NCBI GenBank assembly: GCA_965238005.1
Contig: OZ250165.1
Location: 2,752,001-2,816,000 of the forward strand
DNA length: 64,000 bases
Direction: 5' to 3'
From: Longimicrobiales bacterium
GTDB lineage: Bacteria > Gemmatimonadota > Gemmatimonadetes > Longimicrobiales > Gaopeijiaceae
Positions 52,969 through 61,616 of the stretch are shown here, one piece after another (position 1 is the stretch's first letter; the number at the start of each line of letters is the position of its first letter). A program made the position numbers and the translations under genes. Under the pieces are notes generated by a model, which was given only the letters and a program-made list of their open reading frames with translations, ran no database searches and was not told where the DNA came from.

Positions 52969-53796
52969 CTAGAATGGGACATCGTCATCCTCTTCATCAT
53001 CCTCTGGAGCTGAGTAGGAAAGGTCTCTAAACCTATCCAACCATTCGTCCAATTCCTTATTCATCCCTCGGTAGCGTCGGGAGATAAATGCGATTGGTTG
53101 ATGCATCTCTTTCAGATAGTCTAGAGTGTGTTGATAGCCTGCCTCCTTCTTGACCTGACTATCATGCACTTCGACGTAACTACTAAGCAGATCTTGGATT
53201 ACCGATTGGGGTAGAGTTTGACGTATCGCAGGTTGTGACGCGAGTCTTCTGTTAAGCTGAAGAATCTCCTCCAACAATTCTCTGTCCGACCGGATCGGCT
53301 CGTCCGGCTCGCCTGCCTCACCGAGGATCTGATTGATCTTTGTTTCAAGATCTGGCCACCATTTTCCGAACACCGTGTCGAGCGTCTTAGACGGCAGTTT
53401 GTTATCGCCGCTTCCGTTGTTGATGACACCGAGCAGCCGGTGCATATCACTCTTCTCAAATTCCGTCGTTTGAAACTGTTTTAACGGACCCGCAAGATCG
53501 GTGTTGTTGATTCCGAACAAGACCGGGCAAACATGAGATTTGTCCAAGCTCTTAGACAGGGCGCCAGCCTCGAACAGAATCCAATCACTGTGAATGTTTT
53601 CCCGTGTTATGCAAAGGATGCCGATCTGCGATTTTGCGAGTTCTGTCGAAATATCGGTCGACCAACGTGTTCCTTTCTCTAGATCTGACGGAGTGAAGTA
53701 CGGCCTAACGAGTTGAAGCACGCCCGGAATCCAATCTCGCAGAGCTTCGCCAACCTTCTTGCTGTACTGCCCCGACCAGCTGATAAACACTTTCAT
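52969..53796 (-). CDS. TIR-domain protein
   Basis: MKVFISWSG, KGTRW, WILFEAGAL. Confidence 0.88.
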   Translation of the reverse strand: MKVFISWSGQYSKKVGEALRDWIPGVLQLVRPYFTPSDLEKGTRWSTDISTELAKSQIGILCITRENIHSDWILFEAGALSKSLDKSHVCPVLFGINNTDLAGPLKQFQTTEFEKSDMHRLLGVINNGSGDNKLPSKTLDTVFGKWWPDLETKINQILGEAGEPDEPIRSDRELLEEILQLNRRLASQPAIRQTLPQSVIQDLLSSYVEVHDSQVKKEAGYQHTLDYLKEMHQPIAFISRRYRGMNKELDEWLDRFRDLSYSAPEDDEEDDDVPF

Positions 53797-53883
53797 GATT
53801 TTTCCTCTAAATTCCGGATACCCTCTGGGAACTCTGCTCTTGCCAGTGGCCTGTGTATCCGTTTCTCACACAGGTCTGAACCG

Positions 53884-53947
53884 ACTGCACTAGCTACAAT
53901 CGCATGAAGAGCCACGCCCGTGTGAATCGCTACCGGGGTAATCTGTG
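53884..53947 (+). repeat. Direct repeat copy 2
   Basis: 53891-53947 identical to 4235-4291. Confidence 0.9.
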
Positions 53948-54213
53948 TAAAAGACCCGCGACGTGTGTTGCACATCGTAGTCCCGGCGCGGCGCGGCGGG
54001 TTCTAATCGGACCCGCGCTCCGGCGGAGTGCGCGGGCGGTGAGCTACCGCCCTTCCTCCGGCGCGTCCTGATACCTGATAGCCCACCGGCACCGCCGCCA
54101 TCAAGGCGGCTCCCTAGCGCACATGGTCCGGCACAAGACCGAGGCGGCGCACCGACGGCGCCAGCAGCTGCCCACTGCCCCGCTCTCTGAATCTCTACCG
54201 AGAGGTGCAGTCG

Positions 54214-54663
54214 CTAAGTGTGACGTTGAAGTCCGCGAGAGTACTCCCGATGCTTGTCGTGGTAGATGTAGCGCATCGTGACGCCTCTGTCGAGAAGTTC
54301 GGCCAGGGTGCAGGCGGTGCGCATGACCTCTGGCTTCCAGTCAGCGAGTACGGCACGGCGGAAAGTGGCGATGTCAAGCTCCGCGACCGAGACGTTCACA
54401 AGCCGGTAGTTGTAGGCCAGCACGTCGCCGAAGCCGTAGACGTTCATCATCTCCGTGTCGCGGTTCAGCTGATAGGGCGTGCTCTTGTTGATCTCGTTCG
54501 CAACTGTGGTCACCACTTCCGACGTAATTGGCACGCGGGAAAAGAAGGTCTGTTCGCCTACCACGTTACCTACCACGCGGCCGATGACACCGCCTACAGA
54601 GGAGAAGGCCAGGATGAGCAGGAGAGCGAAGACTCCACCAGCGATGGAGAGGCTCTTCCGCAT
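54214..54663 (-). CDS. Hypothetical membrane-anchored protein
   Basis: N-terminal hydrophobic helix, protein-like composition. Confidence 0.55.
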   Translation of the reverse strand: MRKSLSIAGGVFALLLILAFSSVGGVIGRVVGNVVGEQTFFSRVPITSEVVTTVANEINKSTPYQLNRDTEMMNVYGFGDVLAYNYRLVNVSVAELDIATFRRAVLADWKPEVMRTACTLAELLDRGVTMRYIYHDKHREYSRGLQRHT

Positions 54664-55029
54664 CAGCTACCTTCCATCCGCTGCCGTGACCTCGTCTGCC
54701 GTGGAGCGGAGCGCCGCAGCAATCTGCATCCGGGCGATCCTCTCCTCAACGTCGAGGAGGTGTCGTTGGTTCTCCACCGTTGCACTCCAGGGGCACGAGG
54801 GAGGTGAGACCCAACCAAGGTGCTCGAAGCGGGTCAGGTCGATGAGTCGGCCAAAGCGGTATTTCGCGTCTTTTGCGCTCGACGTCTGCATGCGACTCCC
54901 CTGGCTGGTGGCAACTCAAATCTTGGCCAATTGGCCGACCGGCGCAAACCGGATTACACCCACGCAGAGCCCGCCGCCACACCTTCTAGGCTTGGGTCGT
55001 GAGGCGGACCAGGGTGGGGGAGGTTGCCT

Positions 55030-55122
55030 GGGAGCGACCCCCCATCTCGGCATGCCTCGATCGGCATCGGGGAGGATGGCGATGGGCATCCCCATCGTCC
55101 CCTCCGCCGCGGGGTCGCTCCC
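55030..55122. repeat. Structured element, subtype X
   Basis: GGGAGCGACCCC/GGGGTCGCTCCC IR with two hairpins. Confidence 0.8.
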
Positions 55123-55239
55123 AGCCAGCAGTCCCTCCGGGAAGGGGGTTCGGGGGGCTCGCCCCCCGCCCGCGCACTCCGCCGGAGCGCGGGTCCTCAG
55201 GGGGGTCGAAGGGGGGGCGGAGCCACCCCTCGCCAGATG

Positions 55240-55270
55240 CCCAATGTTTTACATTGGGTAGGCTGGCTTA
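55240..55270 (+). other. ColE1-type oriT-like site
   Basis: CCCAATGT/ACATTGGG IR + TAGG + CTGGCTTA. Confidence 0.72.
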
Positions 55271-55315
55271 AGCACCTTAGTCTCCGCCCAAGGTGCCGCG
55301 ACGGTGGGCTGCAAC

Positions 55316-56503
55316 CTATGGCTTGCGACTGTCGCCGGTGAGGTACGCAGCCCACTGCTCCATCAGGACGCGCCTGCGCTCGAACAGGTCCGAACGCGCA
55401 TAGGCAGCTTCCACCTTGTTGCGAACCGCATGCGCCAACGCGGCCTCGGCGACCTCACGCGGTGCGTTGGAACACTCGCCGCACCAGTCCCTGAAGCTCG
55501 AACGAAAGCCGTGCGGCACGGCCGCGATACCCAGGTCTCGAAGCAGCGTGGGGAGTCTGCTGCCGGGAAATGCGCGGCCCTCCGGCGACGGGAAAACGAG
55601 ACCGCTGCCGCCGCCGAGCGTCCGCGCCTCGCTCAGTATCTCCATGGCGCGCCCGGACAGCGGCACCCTGTGGGGGCGATGGGCTTTCGTGCGTTCGGCG
55701 GGAACCGTCCACTCCCGAGCCTCCAGGTCGATTTCATCCCAGTGCGCCAAGCGAACCTCTCCCGAGCGGGCCGCCGTCAACACCAGGAACTCGAAGGCGA
55801 GTTTCGTGGTCGGGTAAGCGTGCGACCTCCGCACCGTTTCCATCGCGCCCGCGACCTTCGAGTGAGGCAACGCGCGCATGTGCCGGACTACGGCTTGCTG
55901 TCGGCCGAGCGCTTGACCGAGCACGTCGCTGGCGGGGTTGTCCGGCCGAAGCCCCATCGCCACCGCCCACTTCATCACCGCCCCGATGCGCTGGCGCACC
56001 CGCCGGGCAGTCACCTGCTTGTCGTGCCAGATCGGTGTCAGCACCGCCAGAACGTCGGCTGTCGTTATCTCGCCAACCGGTCGATGGCCGAGCTGTGGGA
56101 ACGCATAGACGCGCAGGCTGGAGACCCAGTCCTTCGCATGCCTGGGGCTGCGCCAGCCCGGCCGCAGCTGTTCCAGAACACGGGCGGCCGCCTCGGCGAA
56201 CGTGGGCATGTCCCGGACCTTGTGCCGCTCGGTACGCGGATCGCCGCCCGAGCGCGCGATCTTGCGGTTCATGAATGCCTTCTCGCGCGCCTCGGCCAGC
56301 GATACCAGCTGGTAGCCCCCGAGCCCCAGCGTGCGGTTTCGACCCTGGATCCGTAGACGCTGCTCCCATCGGCGCGCGCCCGATCGGTCCACGCGCAGAT
56401 AGAGGCCGTTCCCATCGCAGTAGTATCCGGGCTTCGCACTGCGCACGAAGGCCGCGCTGAGTGCGTTATGCGGGCGCCTGCCTCGATGTTTGGGTAAATC
56501 CAT
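55316..56503 (-). CDS. P4-like tyrosine integrase (element A)
   Basis: Close paralog of 32283-33485; catalytic motifs intact. Confidence 0.95.
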   Translation of the reverse strand: MDLPKHRGRRPHNALSAAFVRSAKPGYYCDGNGLYLRVDRSGARRWEQRLRIQGRNRTLGLGGYQLVSLAEAREKAFMNRKIARSGGDPRTERHKVRDMPTFAEAAARVLEQLRPGWRSPRHAKDWVSSLRVYAFPQLGHRPVGEITTADVLAVLTPIWHDKQVTARRVRQRIGAVMKWAVAMGLRPDNPASDVLGQALGRQQAVVRHMRALPHSKVAGAMETVRRSHAYPTTKLAFEFLVLTAARSGEVRLAHWDEIDLEAREWTVPAERTKAHRPHRVPLSGRAMEILSEARTLGGGSGLVFPSPEGRAFPGSRLPTLLRDLGIAAVPHGFRSSFRDWCGECSNAPREVAEAALAHAVRNKVEAAYARSDLFERRRVLMEQWAAYLTGDSRKP

Positions 56504-56662
56504 TTCCTAGGCCCCGTATAAAGTATCGTATGTTATGTACGGGAACATAGCGGACGTACAGGGACCCTGCAACCCGGAGTGTACTCCATAACTAACTGCA
56601 ATCATGATAGTTAGAGAATCATACTGGACACTCATGGAGTGTATCGGAATCCATGCGCAGCA

Positions 56663-57281
56663 GACGGTTGATCAGCTCGGAGAGAAGCCGCGAGGCTTCG
56701 GCGGGCTCGAGCATCTCGATCGGCGTGTGCTCCTCCACGAGCGCACGGCCCGCGTCCACCGTCGAGCGAAAGCGGGCGGCGGCCGCCTCGATCTCGGAAC
56801 CGAGGTAGGTCGGCGCGCCCCCTCGGCGGCGCTTCCACCACTGCATGAGCCGGGAGGCGCTTCCTGTTCTGGGCCCGTCTGCGACCGTGCGTAGACGGGG
56901 ATCGTGCGACCAGACCAGATAGGCTTCGAGCTGCTGGACGCGGCCCGACAGAAACGCACTCCGCTTCCGCTGCGACACCGCTACGATGCCGGAGCCCTCG
57001 TCGTCCGCGGCCTCGGGCACACTCGGCCGACGGAGCAGATAGAAGTAGAGGCGCGTGTCGGCGTCCAAACCCGAGAGCAACCGCTGCCAGCGGCCCAGCA
57101 CGCGGTCGATCTGTTCGGGCGAACGCCCATCCACCACCGCGGGCTCCAGCCGCCCGGCCGCGATCAGCTCGCCCGAGCGGGTCAGGCAGGTACGGCCGTC
57201 CTCGAGCCAGCCCCAGTAGGGCAGCTCCTCGGCCAACGAGCCGGCCGCCTCGTGGTCCCGGAGCTCCGCGGAGATCCTCAC
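56663..57281 (-). pseudogene. virB4: VirB4 N-terminal part
   Basis: Follows virB3; LPYWGW; ends ELINR at 16-bp core shared with 27104-27119. Confidence 0.88.
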
Positions 57282-57580
57282 CGCCCGCTCCGGATCACGA
57301 GATACCAGGGCTCATCGGACCACTTGCCCGGATCGAAGCGGGCCGGGTAGCGGGTCCCGGCGCGGAGCACGCCAAGCATGTCCGGGTCTTTGCGGCCGGC
57401 GAGCCACCCGGCCCCATAGCCGACCGCGAACACCACGCCGCCCGTCACCAGCGAAGCCGTCGCGTTCCACATCGCGAGCCCGAGCGTGGCGACGAGCAGA
57501 AACCCCCTACGCTCCACACCCAGGATCGTGAGCGGACGGTTCAGCGCCGGATAGCCGGCCCAGCGCCTCAGACCCCTCAT
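57278..57580 (-). CDS. virB3: VirB3/TrbD
   Basis: ALNRPLTILGVER, two TMs, KDP, FDP. Confidence 0.85.
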   Translation of the reverse strand: MRGLRRWAGYPALNRPLTILGVERRGFLLVATLGLAMWNATASLVTGGVVFAVGYGAGWLAGRKDPDMLGVLRAGTRYPARFDPGKWSDEPWYLVIRSGR

Positions 57581-57873
57581 CAGAAGAGCCACGCCAGGAA
57601 GTTGGCCGCGCCCATCGCCATCCCGAGACCGAAGATGATCCCGGCCAGCGTCCGCTTGCTACCGCCCTCGCCGAACGCGAACATCAGCCCGCCCACCACG
57701 ATCGCGATCAGCGACAGCCCCCGCGCGATCGGACCCGTGAACTGCGCCTGCAGCTCGTTCACCGCCTCAACCCACGGGCTCGTCCCCTGCGCCCACAGCA
57801 GCCCGGGGGACAGCAACCACAGCGTGAGCGTGGCCCAGGCCGCCGCTCGTACCGTCCTTATGAAAGGTTGCAT
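57580..57873 (-). CDS. virB2: VirB2/TrbC pilin
   Basis: Signal peptide, PW...L...FTGPIA..LSLIAIVVGG. Confidence 0.9.
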   Translation of the reverse strand: MQPFIRTVRAAAWATLTLWLLSPGLLWAQGTSPWVEAVNELQAQFTGPIARGLSLIAIVVGGLMFAFGEGGSKRTLAGIIFGLGMAMGAANFLAWLF

Positions 57874-57908
57874 CGTCTTCTCCTTGGTCTCTCGCTGGGA
57901 TGCGCCGC

Positions 57909-58400
57909 TCACTCGGCCTCGCCGCGGCTCAACGCGATCTGTTTGCGGATCCACTCGTCCACCTCCTCCTCGATCCAGCCGACAGCGCGCGCGCCCAGCT
58001 GGACGGGTCTGGGGAAGGACCCCTCGGCCAGCCGCACGTAGATCGTGCTCCGCCCGAGCCCCGTGCGAGCTTGCACGGCCGGGAGCCGCACGATGCGGAT
58101 CGGCACCTCCATTTCCTGCACCATGGTTCTCGTCATCTCTCTGCCTCTCCGTTCTCTCGGGGATGAATCCCGGAGCCGGTCGCTCCGGGAGGAAACAGGG
58201 TCCACACCGGCCTCGTCGAAGCCTTCCATGAACGCCAGGAGCTGATCGGCCGTCGCGAGCGTCGGGGAGCGGCCAAGGCGTAGCTCACGCACCAGGTTCG
58301 GATCGCCAACCGCCTGGCGGCCAAGCGTCGCCGGACCCACTCCCGTGCGCTCGAGGAACGCATCCACTCGCGCCATGAAAAGCCCCTTCAGCGTCTCCAT
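57909..58400 (-). CDS. HTH + AlpA regulator heading the T4SS operon
   Basis: N-terminal HTH-like part (GDPNLV..LR.GRSP) in frame with AlpA domain. Confidence 0.85.
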   Translation of the reverse strand: METLKGLFMARVDAFLERTGVGPATLGRQAVGDPNLVRELRLGRSPTLATADQLLAFMEGFDEAGVDPVSSRSDRLRDSSPRERRGREMTRTMVQEMEVPIRIVRLPAVQARTGLGRSTIYVRLAEGSFPRPVQLGARAVGWIEEEVDEWIRKQIALSRGEAE

Positions 58401-58908
58401 GCGGGTAACGCTGAAGGCGCTTAGGCAACAATGTCAATCCGTAGGAAATGACCGACGTTCTTAGTGGATCTATTGGAATTGAAGTAGAACAGCGGCCTCT
58501 CCGGCCGCTCCGCCAGCGGGGCTTGGAGCGGGTGTGGGAGAGCCGCTCGAGGCTGTCGAGAACGTAAAACGGGGTGGGTCGAGACGCAGCCTATCCGGGG
58601 CGATCTATTCGCTGTGGCAAACCCAGGTGCTCAATCCTCCTGAGTCCGATTCATGCCGATCACGGATTCTCAGGCATGTCGCACACGGACAGACACCCAG
58701 CCGACTACAACTGGGCAAGGCCCAGCGACGGATTCGGCCTCAGCAGGTGGTTCTACACGAAGCGACGGCCAGCCGGGGGGTTCCGCCGCCGGCTATAGCG
58801 GAGTGCCTGAGCCCGAGGGTCGGGACGGGCCGTAGGGGTGCGGGAACAAGGCGAGCGTGGATGCCGCTGTGCCCCGGATGGCAAGACTGCCGCGGAGCGG
58901 CAGCGTCT

Positions 58909-59490
58909 TCAGTCGTTCGTCGAATCACGTGACTCAGCCTGGCTGTACTCCTGTGTCGTCGGGAGAGCTTGACCGGTGGGTGATGGCTCTTCAACGGACG
59001 GTACCCATACAGGCAGCACCCGTTTGCCTTCCAACAGCTCGCGCACACCGGTTCGAATAGCAACCTGGTCCGTCTCTGTTTCGCCGAACCCGCGAGGAAA
59101 GTACGCGTTGCGACGAAGGTGTGTCCGATCGAAGTCATAGCCAACGCCTACCGCGATATTGTAAAGTAGGTCAATAAAAAGATCGAGAGTCTTTTCGTGC
59201 CAAACTTCACTTGGCATGTTTGCAGAATTTAGGATGTCCAGGTATGCCTTCCACGCAGACCGTACCCGCTTGGACTTCGCATCCACTCCGCTGAACTCGA
59301 CATCGATCATGTTCAGAGCGTTCACATGATCTGGGGCGAGCCGGGAAGCCCGTGTCATCATGAGGGTGCGGAAGAGCGTCAGGCGACGCTGCCGCTTTTC
59401 TCGACGAGTCTCCAGAAAGACGGAGACTTGGATTGCGATCAGGGGCGCCAATAGGACCGCGTCGACCATCAGTACGTCAGTCAGGGACAT
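58909..59490 (-). CDS. DUF6680-like membrane-anchored protein
   Basis: APLIAIQV, FRTLM.TR, HVNALNMIDVEF, AYFP. Confidence 0.75.
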   Translation of the reverse strand: MSLTDVLMVDAVLLAPLIAIQVSVFLETRREKRQRRLTLFRTLMMTRASRLAPDHVNALNMIDVEFSGVDAKSKRVRSAWKAYLDILNSANMPSEVWHEKTLDLFIDLLYNIAVGVGYDFDRTHLRRNAYFPRGFGETETDQVAIRTGVRELLEGKRVLPVWVPSVEEPSPTGQALPTTQEYSQAESRDSTND

Positions 59491-60180
59491 GCTGGTCTCC
59501 TAGGGATCCGTGTCGACAATCACCTTAACCCTGGATTGACTAGGTCTGCACCGGCCCGGGTGATGGACCGTTCTTGTTAGGCTCCGCGCAGGGGTCACCC
59601 GAAAGCCATTTCCGACTCATCGAGCATGTTGGAGAAAGTGGCTCATCGGTCTATCCCCATGTCGGGCGCCAATAGATATAGCCCAGTTTACCCTCACCCC
59701 CCTGCTCTTGGGCAGCGATGGCCAAACCATACGACGCCTGAAGGCCAGTGACGAACTCCCTCTGTCCGCGGTAACTCGGATAGCGTACGTGGCGCCCTTA
59801 CGCCCAGACCGGCAAGAGTAGTCTGTGCATGGGTCGATCCTTTCGGAGTGCTTGCCCCCCCACAACAGTGCTGTCACAACGCCAGAAGCACTGGTTGTCT
59901 TGGCCAACGGTCTCGTCCCAAACAACCTCGCCGGGCAAAAGATGAGTTTCCTCGATGAATGCCAGTCCAGTTTGCCGACCGCCACGGTACCCAAGGTCAC
60001 GGTCGGCCCGGAGCGCCTCAACTCCTTTGGCAAGTGCGCCGCCTCGAGGACTGGGTAGCCATTCCCCTACGGGGTCAGCAGGCGTTCCCACAACAACTTG
60101 AATACAATTATCGAAGTGAAGCGTCTCATAAGTTCTCTTGATTACTTGCCATAATTGTCAATTTCGGCCATTTCATCCGG

Positions 60181-61347
60181 CTATTTAAATGTAATCGTGC
60201 GTTCCTCTAGATCAGCGATAACAGTCCCTCCTCGATGTTTACACACTTCCCTGAATACTCGAAATCCCTCCAGTATCGCGACCTCCCACTGCCAAAGTGG
60301 GCGACTCTCCACTTCATACCCTTTCACAAGTTTCTGAATGGCCTTCAACAGTGAGTAGTCGAGGGCGTTGATATTCCGAAAATGATGGTTCTGGAGGCCG
60401 TGGTTAAAGATCCATGTAGAGATGCCTTCTTCAATCAGGCTGGCACGTGCACCATCTTCATTCTCATCGATCTCTGGGCGGCTCTTCCGTTTGGCTTTGA
60501 ACAGGCGCCGCACAACTGGGGACCAGCCAAGAATCGCTGCATATGCGAGATGAAACACGTCGTGAAAGCGGTAATTATCTGGCGTAGAACGGTTGTCCGT
60601 TAATGGGTCTCCGATAGCGATTCCATTGCACTTCTGGATAACGTACTTCTTTCCTAACACATCTTTTTCTTTGAATACAATCTCAATCCGACGTGGCAGA
60701 CGCTCATCTTCGTCAAAGTCGTCGTCATACAGTGCTTGCCATTTCTGTTCCCTCGGCCATCGACTTTGAGTTTTGTTCATATTGGAGCGTGCCGCCGCGT
60801 CGAGGCTTACATCAGCAGCGTCAGCAGTCGCAACGAGGGCGAGCAAGATATCGGATAGGTCGGCTAAGAGTGCATCTTGATTCGTATCGAATCTCCCATT
60901 GCTGAAGTTATCAATTACCTGGCCAACATTTGCCGCAAGGGCCATGAGACGCCTCTCGACGACTTCTGTCGAGTGAGGTCCTTCAAAATCATCTTTTCTC
61001 GTTTGGATATCAATGAACGTTGAAGCGGCCTCTTGTCCCCTATAGTCCCAATCCGATAGACCGGCAGGTAGGCGCGTGGCAATTTCGGAAAAAGGAAGGC
61101 CTGCGCGAAGCGCTGCATTTGCGAAGTACCAAAGCACATCGCCCAACTCCTCGATGACCGAATCCCGGTATGCAACGTACGACTCCTTGTCCCGTTGTTT
61201 CTTCTTCAACTGGCTGAGTAAGCTGCCAGTTTCACCAAAAAGACCAAAAAGAACGAACCCTAATCCTGATAATCCTGGGCGGTCGTTCTTGTCAGTTAGT
61301 GTCGTTGCGTGCTGGTACTCGTCTAGTCCCAGTGGTGACGATGCCAT
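60181..61347 (-). CDS. MazG-like NTP pyrophosphohydrolase with MazG-C domain
   Basis: GLFGETG, EELGDVLWY, GDPLTDN, YRFHDVFHLAYA, DE.EDGARA. Confidence 0.9.
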   Translation of the reverse strand: MASSPLGLDEYQHATTLTDKNDRPGLSGLGFVLFGLFGETGSLLSQLKKKQRDKESYVAYRDSVIEELGDVLWYFANAALRAGLPFSEIATRLPAGLSDWDYRGQEAASTFIDIQTRKDDFEGPHSTEVVERRLMALAANVGQVIDNFSNGRFDTNQDALLADLSDILLALVATADAADVSLDAAARSNMNKTQSRWPREQKWQALYDDDFDEDERLPRRIEIVFKEKDVLGKKYVIQKCNGIAIGDPLTDNRSTPDNYRFHDVFHLAYAAILGWSPVVRRLFKAKRKSRPEIDENEDGARASLIEEGISTWIFNHGLQNHHFRNINALDYSLLKAIQKLVKGYEVESRPLWQWEVAILEGFRVFREVCKHRGGTVIADLEERTITFK

Positions 61348-61616
61348 GAATTCGTACCTCTCGTGCCAGAGTATTGGGGCTCGTTGTGTCTTTGTTCAGA
61401 ATTCGGTAGGATGGGCCAATCTTACACTGAGGCAGGGATCAGCGCAGGGATTCTGGGCATGACCCACTGACTTCAAGGGTCGGTTCGTTCCGAGAGCACA
61501 CGCGGGAGCTGCTAGGTTGACCCACCAGGACCGACCATGCATCTGGCTTCGTCTTCGAGAAACTGTTCACGTACTCGGAGCCGGAGATCGCCCACAGATG
61601 CGGCGCTGAACGCGAA

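Noticed and set aside
59617..60141. ORFs between DUF6680-like gene and mazG
   Set aside because: Conflicting frames, no motif support
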